The notes beneath the pieces were generated by a model, which saw only the letters and a list, made by a program, of their open reading frames with translations, was not told the DNA's origin and ran no database searches. This document shows, in pieces, positions 56,950-64,000 of a stretch of 64,000 bases of DNA. Source of the DNA: an uncultured Clostridia bacterium (lineage in GTDB: Bacteria > Bacillota > Clostridia > Christensenellales > UBA1242). The stretch's first letter is position 1. Every line of letters begins with the position of its first letter. The stretch is taken from assembly GCA_944372365.1 (NCBI GenBank), contig CALVYP010000003.1, positions 2,029 through 66,028 on the forward strand. The letters run 5' to 3'. The position numbers and the translations under genes are program-made.

Positions 56950-56979
56950 ATGCACTTGGTAAGTGCATTTATTTTGTTT
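56948..56979 (+). terminator. Terminator attached to the orphan ftsW 3' fragment
   Basis: AAATGCACTT-ggt-AAGTGCATTT 10-bp stem followed by a T-rich tail. Confidence 0.7.
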
Positions 56980-57040
56980 ATCTTGACTTTAAATAATCAG
57001 TTATGCTAGTTTATTAAAAGTATGGAGAATAAAGCGCTTT

Positions 57041-57538
57041 ATGAAAATTGAAGTTTTAAAGAAAAGCATGACAAAAGAGATTATTGAAAAAATAATCGAT
57101 ATTGATAAAGAGTTTTATGTAGATTTTGACTACCAAAACAATAAGCAGTGGTATTATAACCGCTACACTGACAAAAATCAGATTTTTTTACTTTGTGTCA
57201 ATGACAAAATTGTTGGATATTTTCTTTTTCATACGATTACTAAACAACTGTTTAACGACATTTTAAGTTTAAAGTATGATGGTGATTACAACTTTCCAGA
57301 GCGCTCTGTTAATGTTCAATCAAATTATTTTTACATACCATCAGTTTTGATTAAAAAAAGATACCGCAAACATGGCGTTGCGCTGTTAAGAAGGTTACTC
57401 GATGAGGCTAAAAGCAAGCCAAATTTAGTGGCGATCACAATTTCAAAGCAAGGCAAACGCATGGCAGAGAGCATGATGAAGCTTATTGGAGTCGTAGATC
57501 AAAAGCGCGATATTTGTGTATATGCAAAAACTGTTTAA
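57041..57538 (+). CDS. GNAT-family N-acetyltransferase-like protein
   Basis: 165 aa; the segment ..VLIKKRYRKHGVALLRRLLDEA.. resembles the acetyl-CoA binding motif A. The RBS is weak or distant. Confidence 0.5.
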   Translation: MKIEVLKKSMTKEIIEKIIDIDKEFYVDFDYQNNKQWYYNRYTDKNQIFLLCVNDKIVGYFLFHTITKQLFNDILSLKYDGDYNFPERSVNVQSNYFYIPSVLIKKRYRKHGVALLRRLLDEAKSKPNLVAITISKQGKRMAESMMKLIGVVDQKRDICVYAKTV

Positions 57539-57553
57539 ACGTGTGCTTAGGCG

Positions 57554-57592
57554 AAAAAAAGAGAACTGTTTAAAGTTCTCTTTCTTCTTTTT
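57554..57592. terminator. Bidirectional terminator between the GNAT gene and the minus-strand gene
   Basis: AGAGAACT-6 nt-AGTTCTCT stem flanked by an A-run and a T-rich run; overlaps the last codons of the minus-strand gene. Confidence 0.6.
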
Positions 57593-58211
57593 TATAGGCG
57601 ATGTCTTCAACTTTATCGCAATAAGCTATAAAATCGGCTGCTGCTTTAGTAAAATGATTATCATAGCAGTCTTCAAAAACAGGAGCGTGGTTTTCAACTT
57701 TGTCTAGATATTCATTTTTTGCAACCAAAATATGCGCAGCGGCGTCAAATAAAACATCTTTGTCATGCAAGTTTTCATCTATAAACTTTTGCTGAGAGCG
57801 ATTTTTTAAATCGCGGCTTTGTTTTCTTAACACAGCACCTTCGGCAAAGTTTTTTGAAGCAAAAAATGCACCGGGTGCTAAGGCAGCAAATGTTCCACAA
57901 ACCCAACCAGCAGTTGGAGCACCTATAAAATATAAAACCGAGCCGATTACAGCACTGGCAATCGCGCCTGTAGTAAGAAATATTATGCCGCGATGGTTTT
58001 TTGTTGAAGCAAAGCCATCAATCACGCTTCTTGCTTTAAGCAATGCGGCATCTTGCAATAATGCGTTGTAGTCTTTTTGATCTATTTTAATATTTCGCTC
58101 TTGTGCCAATTGCATTATGCCAAGGCATTGTGAAACATTTTCGATCTCTTTGTCAAGGTCGCTTTTAAAAAATGATTTAAGTTTTAAAATTGCTTGTTTT
58201 ACTTTTCCCAT
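57570..58211 (-). CDS. Hypothetical membrane protein (helical N-terminus, two Gly/Ala-rich TM segments, acidic C-terminus)
   Basis: Start taken at MGKVKQAIL.. (ATG 58211). TM core is GIIFLTTGAIASAVIGSVLYFIGAPTAGWVCGTFAALAPGAFFA. No family recognised. Confidence 0.55.
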   Translation of the reverse strand: MGKVKQAILKLKSFFKSDLDKEIENVSQCLGIMQLAQERNIKIDQKDYNALLQDAALLKARSVIDGFASTKNHRGIIFLTTGAIASAVIGSVLYFIGAPTAGWVCGTFAALAPGAFFASKNFAEGAVLRKQSRDLKNRSQQKFIDENLHDKDVLFDAAAHILVAKNEYLDKVENHAPVFEDCYDNHFTKAAADFIAYCDKVEDIAYKKEEREL

Positions 58212-58319
58212 GTCAAATAATATACCACCACAGCGATGCGATGTCAATAGCCCTTTTTCACGCAAGTGAGCATATGCGCATAGAATAAAATGTGGCTAAA
58301 ATTATTCAAAAGAGGACTT

Positions 58320-59576
58320 ATGAGCAAATTTTTAATTCATGGCGGCAACAAACTTTTTGGCGAATTAAACATCACCGCTGCTAAAAATTCATATCTTCCA
58401 ATTCTTGCAGCGTGCGTGCTTTGTGAAGATGAAATAATCTTACATAACTATCCAAACTACACCGACGCTCAAAGCATGTGCGAGATTTTGTTGACACTTG
58501 GTGCAAGCATAAAGCAAAGCGCTGGCGATATATCGGTGGATGCCGCATCACTTTTTTCATGGAGAATTGAAAGCGATCTTGCCTGTCAGGTGCGATCGTC
58601 TATTTTTATGCTCGGCGCGCTTTTGGGGCGGTTTAAAAAGGCACGAGTGGCCTATCCAGGTGGCTGCGAGATTGGCGCAAGGCCGATTGACATTCATCTT
58701 TCAGGATTTAAAAAGCTTGGAGTAAAAGTGGAAGAGCGGCATGGTTACATTTTTTGCAACGCCGAAAAAATGCATTCTGGCACGGTGCTTTTAGAGTTTC
58801 CAAGCGTTGGCGCAACAGAAAGCTTGATGATGGCAAGCGTGCTTTTACCGGGCGAAACCAGATTGCTAAACGCTGCCAAAGAGCCGGAGATTGTGGATCT
58901 GCAAAATTTCCTAGTTAAGATGGGCGCAAAGATCAGGGGCGCAGGCAGCGGAGAGATTGTTATTGAAGGCGTTAAAAAATTGCATGGCTGTGAGTTTACT
59001 CCAATAGCAGACCGAATAATTGCAGGAACATATATGATTGCCACAGCGATGTGTGGCGGCGAAGTGCTTTTAAAAGGCGTGAACGCCGAACATTTAAGGG
59101 CGCTTATTGATAAATTAGACAAAACTGCTTGCGTCATCAGCGCAAAAAATGATAAAATTAAAGTGACAAGTGATGGGAAACCAAACGCTCTTGGCAAAAT
59201 CGAAACATCGGTTTATCCGGGCTTTCCAACCGACTTGCAAGCGCAAATTTTGGCACTTTCTTCCATAAGCAAAGGCAGCAGCATGATTGTGGAAAATGTG
59301 TTTGAGTGCAGGTTTAAGCATGTGCCAGAACTCATTAAAATGGGCGCAGATATTTATATAAAGGATAGGGTTGCGTTTGTGCGAGGGGTTGAAAAACTTT
59401 ATGGCGCATCGGTGAGCGGCATGGAGCTTAGAGGCACGGCGTCTCTTATTCTTGCAGGACTTGTGGCAGAAGGCTACACAACTGTGCTTAACGCCAAGCA
59501 TGTGGATAGGGGCTACAAAAACATTGAAAAAGATTTAGCATCACTTGGAGCTGATATAAAAAGGATTGACGATTGA
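58320..59576 (+). CDS. murA: UDP-N-acetylglucosamine 1-carboxyvinyltransferase
   Basis: MSKFLIHGGNKL.G.. and the active-site PGGCEIGARPID. RBS AGAGGA. The track start at 58290 is over-extended. Confidence 0.93.
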   Translation: MSKFLIHGGNKLFGELNITAAKNSYLPILAACVLCEDEIILHNYPNYTDAQSMCEILLTLGASIKQSAGDISVDAASLFSWRIESDLACQVRSSIFMLGALLGRFKKARVAYPGGCEIGARPIDIHLSGFKKLGVKVEERHGYIFCNAEKMHSGTVLLEFPSVGATESLMMASVLLPGETRLLNAAKEPEIVDLQNFLVKMGAKIRGAGSGEIVIEGVKKLHGCEFTPIADRIIAGTYMIATAMCGGEVLLKGVNAEHLRALIDKLDKTACVISAKNDKIKVTSDGKPNALGKIETSVYPGFPTDLQAQILALSSISKGSSMIVENVFECRFKHVPELIKMGADIYIKDRVAFVRGVEKLYGASVSGMELRGTASLILAGLVAEGYTTVLNAKHVDRGYKNIEKDLASLGADIKRIDD

Positions 59577-60424
59577 AAAAAGGCTGGATTATTGCATTAA
59601 GCGTGGTGGGAGTTGTTATTGTTACAATAATAACTTTGTGTTTCACGCTTTTCACCGTGCAGTCGGTTAAAGTTCAATATTGGACAAGCACTCAGTTTGA
59701 TTACAACGACGAAGAAATTGTTTCGTCTTCAAAAATTCAAACAGGCAAAAACATTTTCTTCTTAGATAAGCAAAGTTTTGCTGACAACATAGAAAAAGCA
59801 TATCCATATCTTCAAGTTATAAACATAGAAACATCCTTTCCATCTTCGCTGACAATTCATGTGAGAGAGCGTCAAAGTTTTTATGCTATGCAAACAGATG
59901 GCGGCGTTATGGTTTTTGACGATTATTTAAAGGTGCTTGAAAATCAAGCGCAATCATCTTCGCCGGCGATAATGGTTGAAAACACATTTCAAACGCTTGA
60001 TGGCGAAAGCAAAACCTTGGTTGATAAAAGCTATGCGGTGGGTGAGTTTTTGCAAATTCCACTTCTTTCTCAGTTTTATGATGCGCTTTTGGCAAATCAG
60101 CTTACGCGAGCCGATGCGCTTGCCTTCATTCAAACAATAAGCTTTTTTGAAAGTGAAAATCAAGTTTTTCATAATGCCGAGCTTGGCTTAAAACTCACTC
60201 TTAAATCTGGCAGAGAAGTGTTTTTGCACAATGCGGAGCAAAATTTAGAGTATAAACTTGCCAAGTTTTTTGCAGTGGAAGAGCAGCTTCCGCTTTTGGC
60301 AGAGTCGCTTGGCGATGATGTTGTCAACGGCAGCGAAATTCACATCAACAACTTTATTGGCAGCGATTATCCACCGCATGAGAACTACTTCTACTTGGTT
60401 TATGAAGGTGAAAGAGTGACATAA
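59573..60424 (+). CDS. ftsQ: Cell division protein FtsQ/DivIB
   Basis: N-terminal TM segment then a POTRA-like region (VQSVKV..). Position upstream of ftsA. TTG start. Confidence 0.65.
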   Translation: MKKGWIIALSVVGVVIVTIITLCFTLFTVQSVKVQYWTSTQFDYNDEEIVSSSKIQTGKNIFFLDKQSFADNIEKAYPYLQVINIETSFPSSLTIHVRERQSFYAMQTDGGVMVFDDYLKVLENQAQSSSPAIMVENTFQTLDGESKTLVDKSYAVGEFLQIPLLSQFYDALLANQLTRADALAFIQTISFFESENQVFHNAELGLKLTLKSGREVFLHNAEQNLEYKLAKFFAVEEQLPLLAESLGDDVVNGSEIHINNFIGSDYPPHENYFYLVYEGERVT

Positions 60425-60466
60425 TGCATACATATTCACAAAAATTTATAAATATAAAAAATTTCG

Positions 60467-60495
60467 TTGACAAATTTTGTCAAAAGCATTACAAT
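60467..60495 (+). promoter_or_regulatory. Sigma-A promoter of ftsA-ftsZ with a palindromic -35 region
   Basis: TTGACA-17 nt-TACAAT. TTGACAAAtTTTGTCAA is a perfect 17-nt palindrome (60467-60483). Confidence 0.65.
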
Positions 60496-60513
60496 AAAAG
60501 GGAAGGATGAAAA

Positions 60514-61635
60514 ATGTTTAAAAAAGAAGTTGTTTGTTTAGAGATTGGCTCATCAAAACTTAGGGTTATTGTGGCAAGTGAAGGCGTTAACAACACGCTG
60601 AAAATTAAAGAACTTGCTTCAAGAGAGTATGATGGCTATTTTCAAAGTGAGTTTGTGGACGAAAAGCATCTTGCTCCACATCTTTTTGAGCTTTTTAACA
60701 GCATTGATTTTAAACGAAAAAAATATTTCAAAAAACTTTACATATCTCTGCCAGCCGAAATGTGTAAGGTGGTTAATTCCACCGCATCGGTTGATATCGA
60801 CGGGCTTGGCAAGGCAACCAAAGCTGATGTGGACAATCTTCATGCTCAGGCAATCGACAGAGCTGGCGTGGACGGGAGTGAAGTTGTAAGCATCTCGCCA
60901 ATTTACTATGCTATCGACGAAAACACAACTCATCAGCCGGTTGGCAAAAAGGGAAGAATTCTTTCAGGCGAGTTTTCAATAATTTTATGCGAAAAAGTTT
61001 TGGTTGAAAAGCTTAACAACATTTTTGCTGATTTAGGTTTTTATAATGTTGAATATTTAAGCGAAGTGCTTTGCGGGGCGTTGTTCACAATTCCGCAAGA
61101 AGAGCGCAAAGAAGGTGCAATCCTTGTGGATATTGGTCATCTTTCAACAAGTGTGACTTACACAAAAAATGATGGTATCAACAGTTTAACTTCGTTTTCA
61201 ATAGGCGGAGGACACATCACCAACGATTTAAGCGAAGCGTTTGATCTGGCATATGAAGATGCCGAAAGATTGAAAAAAATGGTTGCGATTTCCGTTGAAG
61301 CCGACAGCCTTGATTATTACGATTTGCCGTCGGTTGAAGGCCGAATTCAGCGCATTCCGCAATCGGATGCAAACGCCGTGGTTTCATATAGATTGCAGGC
61401 GATCGCCTCAGCAATCAACCAGTGCTTGATCATGCAGGGAATAAATCTTTCAAGCTATGTTCCGGTTTATCTCATCGGCGGCGGAGCAAGCAAAATCAAA
61501 GGCGGCAAAGATTTTCTTTCAAAATGCCTTGGCAGAAACATAACTTTGGGCAGAGCGCCGCTGCCGGGCAAAGACAAGCCAGAAGACGCAATAATATATG
61601 CAATTGCAGATTTTGCGCTTAAAAATTGCGAATAA
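60514..61635 (+). CDS. ftsA: Cell division protein FtsA (short form, 373 aa)
   Basis: Actin-fold motifs (LEIGSSKLRV.., VDIGHLSTS, IGGGHITNDL, LIGGGA). No obvious C-terminal amphipathic helix. Confidence 0.85.
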   Translation: MFKKEVVCLEIGSSKLRVIVASEGVNNTLKIKELASREYDGYFQSEFVDEKHLAPHLFELFNSIDFKRKKYFKKLYISLPAEMCKVVNSTASVDIDGLGKATKADVDNLHAQAIDRAGVDGSEVVSISPIYYAIDENTTHQPVGKKGRILSGEFSIILCEKVLVEKLNNIFADLGFYNVEYLSEVLCGALFTIPQEERKEGAILVDIGHLSTSVTYTKNDGINSLTSFSIGGGHITNDLSEAFDLAYEDAERLKKMVAISVEADSLDYYDLPSVEGRIQRIPQSDANAVVSYRLQAIASAINQCLIMQGINLSSYVPVYLIGGGASKIKGGKDFLSKCLGRNITLGRAPLPGKDKPEDAIIYAIADFALKNCE

Positions 61636-61700
61636 ACATGCATTTTGCTTGCAAAAATTGCTGTTTTGAATTATAATTACAATAATTGAAGGAGAAATTT

Positions 61701-62882
61701 ATGGAAAACAATTCATTTGGCAACAACACATCTTTTGCTAAAATTAAAGTTGTTGGCGTGGGCGGCGGCGGAAACAACGCAGTAAACAGAATGATTGAAG
61801 CAGGCGTTGATTCGGCTGAATTTGTTGCTGTCAACACCGACAAACAGGCTTTGGTTGTTAGCAAAGCGCCTGTAAGGCTGCAAATTGGTGAAAGGTTGAC
61901 TGGCGGATTGGGCGCTGGTGGTATACCTGAAATTGGTCAAAAGTCGGCAGAAGAATCAAAAGCATCCATCACCGAAATGCTTGAAGGCTCGCACCTTGTT
62001 TTCATCACAGCAGGCATGGGCGGCGGCACTGGAACAGGTGCAGCACCAGTTGTGGCTCAAATTGCAAAAGAGATGGGCATTTTAACCATCGCTGTTGTTA
62101 CAAAGCCATTTGCTTTTGAAAGCAGAATCAGGGCAGAGAATGCAGAAAAAGGCATAAACGAACTTAAAAAATATGTCGACACAATGGTTATCATTCCAAA
62201 TGAAAGGTTGTTCCAAATCGTTCCAAAGAAAACGCCTATCTTAGAAGCGTTTAGATATGCCGATGATGTTCTTCGTCAAGGCATTCAAGGCATCTCAGAT
62301 CTTATTGTTAAACCAGGGCTTATCAACCTTGACTTTGCCGATGTTAAAACAATCATGCAAAACAAAGGCCTTGCACATATGGGCATAGGTCATGGCAAGG
62401 GCGAAAACAAGGCGCTTGACGCTGTTAAACAAGCAGTTGCCAGCCCACTTATTGAAACAACCATTGAAGGTGCAAAGGGCTTGCTTTTAAATGTTAAGGG
62501 TGGGATGGATCTTACTCAGGAAGATGTAAGCGAAGTTGCAACACTTGTTCAAGAAGTGATCGATCCAAGCTGCCAAGTAATTTTTGGTAACAGCATCGAT
62601 CCTGATATGCACGACGAGCTTGAAGTTACAATCATTGCAACTGGTTTCCCAACAACCGAAGAGAAGGCTAAAGCTGCCGAAGCAGACGAGGCAAAAGATT
62701 TTAATCCAGACTTTGCAGAAAAGGATGGATTAAGAGGCCTTGCTGGGTTAAAAAATCAACCAAGAGAAGATGTTAAACCAGAAGTTTCAATCAAGCGTGA
62801 TGAAAATGCTGGCTCATCAAGGGTTGATGTTGACACATCAATTCCTGCTTGGCTTAGACAACTTAGAAGCAAGAAAAAATAA
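61701..62882 (+). CDS. ftsZ: Cell division protein FtsZ
   Basis: [38 protein letters not shown]. The track start at 61686 is over-extended. Confidence 0.97.
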   Translation: MENNSFGNNTSFAKIKVVGVGGGGNNAVNRMIEAGVDSAEFVAVNTDKQALVVSKAPVRLQIGERLTGGLGAGGIPEIGQKSAEESKASITEMLEGSHLVFITAGMGGGTGTGAAPVVAQIAKEMGILTIAVVTKPFAFESRIRAENAEKGINELKKYVDTMVIIPNERLFQIVPKKTPILEAFRYADDVLRQGIQGISDLIVKPGLINLDFADVKTIMQNKGLAHMGIGHGKGENKALDAVKQAVASPLIETTIEGAKGLLLNVKGGMDLTQEDVSEVATLVQEVIDPSCQVIFGNSIDPDMHDELEVTIIATGFPTTEEKAKAAEADEAKDFNPDFAEKDGLRGLAGLKNQPREDVKPEVSIKRDENAGSSRVDVDTSIPAWLRQLRSKKK

Positions 62883-62892
62883 TTGAAAAATC

Positions 62893-62921
62893 AATGCTGC
62901 TATTAAAGCAGCATTTTTTTT
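62893..62921 (+). terminator. Terminator after ftsZ
   Basis: ATGCTGC-7 nt-GCAGCAT stem followed by T8. Confidence 0.8.
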
Positions 62922-63013
62922 GTCAAAAAAACCATATAAACCCTTTTATTTCGCTAAAATATTGTTTTCAAAATTTTAATTTTTGTTATTAAAATTGGTT
63001 GAAAGGGGCGAGT

Positions 63014-63820
63014 ATGGAAATTGTTATCGAATATGTGCTGATTGAAAATTTAATCATAAATTATTTCATACTTTCATGCTGCGGTGGGCTGTTTAAAACA
63101 AAACCTAAATGGTGGGGAGCGAGCGCGCTTTTAGGAGCAGTGATTGCTTTGTTTTTGCCGATATTCAACTTTCCAGTTGCAGCAAAGGTTGCTGTAATGC
63201 TGCTTGTTGCAATCATCATGGTGAGTATAAGCTTTCCTGTAAAATCGTTTAAGGATTTTGCCTTCTATGGCTTTGGCTTGATTTTTTTAACCTTTGTGTT
63301 TGGCGGAGCGTGCTACATGATTAGCATGTGGTTTGGCGCGCTTAGCAGTTTTGTTATATGTTTGGTGTGCTTTGCAACATACATCTGCGTTAAATTGTTT
63401 TTAAAAAAATTGGCAAAAAAGCGTGCACTTAATTCGTTTACTTGCTCGGTGCAAATTGCCTGCAAGGGCAAGATTGTGGAAGAAGTTGGCTACATCGACA
63501 GCGCCAATGTGCTGTATGACCCTGTCACTTCATCGCCGGTTGTGCTTATCTCTAAACAGGTTTTTGAAAAAATTGTGGGGGAAGACTATCTTTTCTACAT
63601 GCTTAAAAAACAGAAGGTAAAAAAATTGCCATATGGGCATTTTGTGAATGTTGGTTCGGCGGTGGGCGATGGGAAAATGCTTGTGTTTATGGCTGACAAA
63701 CTTACAATCACCGAAAAGGGCAGAGCCAGAGAAATTTCGCATCCGCTGCTTGGGCTGAGTTTGACAAATTTTTCTAAAACGCTCAATGCGGGGGTGCTTA
63801 TTCACAGCGAACTTGCATAA
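63014..63820 (+). CDS. spoIIGA: Sigma-E processing peptidase SpoIIGA
   Basis: Five N-terminal TM segments, then ..GYIDSANVLYDP.TSSPVVLI.. (the aspartic protease motif region). Immediately upstream of pro-sigma-E. Confidence 0.88.
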   Translation: MEIVIEYVLIENLIINYFILSCCGGLFKTKPKWWGASALLGAVIALFLPIFNFPVAAKVAVMLLVAIIMVSISFPVKSFKDFAFYGFGLIFLTFVFGGACYMISMWFGALSSFVICLVCFATYICVKLFLKKLAKKRALNSFTCSVQIACKGKIVEEVGYIDSANVLYDPVTSSPVVLISKQVFEKIVGEDYLFYMLKKQKVKKLPYGHFVNVGSAVGDGKMLVFMADKLTITEKGRAREISHPLLGLSLTNFSKTLNAGVLIHSELA

Positions 63821-63830
63821 AAGGAGAGAT

Positions 63831-64000
63831 ATGAAAAAACTTGTTTTCTTAATCAAAAGCCTGATTTACAAATTGTTTTCAAAGCACAATTTGCTAGATG
63901 CCAAGGGCATTGTTTGCTATATTTGTGGCAACGAGGCTTTGCCGCTTCCGCTCGACCCAGAAGAAGAGCGCATGCTTGTTCAGCAGGCAGAAAACGGCAG
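63831..64000 (+). CDS. sigE: RNA polymerase sporulation sigma factor E precursor (5' part, runs off the window)
   Basis: MKKLVFLIKSLIYKLFSKH....YICGNEALPLPLDPEEE..L is the pro-sequence plus the conserved GG/GNEALPPPL region. RBS AAGGAGAG. Confidence 0.88.
   Translation, partial: MKKLVFLIKSLIYKLFSKHNLLDAKGIVCYICGNEALPLPLDPEEERMLVQQAENG

Noticed and set aside
57041-57538. GNAT as the toxin of a GNAT/RHH-type toxin-antitoxin pair.
   Set aside because: There is no small upstream or overlapping partner ORF on either side. The upstream 90 nt contain only a terminator and promoter-like sequence.
62883-63013. Spo0A-box-like sequences (TTTGTCAAAA, TTCGCTA) upstream of spoIIGA, by analogy with the Bacillus spoIIG promoter.
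   Set aside because: Each carries mismatches to TGTCGAA. I could not place a convincing -35/-10 pair at the expected spacing, so the match may be chance in AT-rich DNA.

Overview
This is a core chromosomal window from a low/medium-GC Firmicute. It is most likely a Clostridia-type endospore former, because spoIIR, sleB-ypeB, spoVG, a SipL-like gene, whiA and spoIIGA-sigE are all present. Layout: (1) 1-1.3 kb holds the 3' end of a surface protein and a tRNA-Val followed by stacked tRNA-derived repeats. (2) Next come a small Cys-rich protein, a yqzL-like mini-ORF and recO. (3) 3.1-18.7 kb is a complete S10-spc-alpha ribosomal cluster, rpsJ to rplQ, including secY-adk-map-infA-rpmJ-rpoA. (4) 18.8-26 kb carries murB, a PHP phosphoesterase, whiA, dnaE and pfkA. 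(5) A small membrane-protein gene follows, disrupted at an 11-G tract. (6) 26.5-27.9 kb has six tRNAs in two blocks, split by an orphan gene. (7) 28-37.2 kb carries ppdK, rpoZ and priA-def-fmt-rlmN-rsgA-rpe. (8) An MFS transporter and veg lie on the minus strand. (9) A sporulation/germination block follows (SipL-like, spoIIR, sleB, ypeB), then a 1088-aa GLUG-repeat surface protein and spoVG. (10) 47.6-64 kb is a dcw-type cluster, murF-ddl / murE-mraY-murD-ftsW / murA-ftsQ-ftsA-ftsZ-spoIIGA-sigE. I do not see a convincing self-contained novel multi-gene system. The most unusual items are: an AT-rich insert after ftsW that left a diverged orphan copy of the ftsW 3' end; the array of tRNA-Val 3'-end fragments and tRNA-like pseudo-units; the poly-G-disrupted small gene; a MurF whose N-terminal domain is replaced by a polytopic membrane domain; and a sharp compositional break inside murB. 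All product calls come from reading the translations and gene order by eye. No database search was run.
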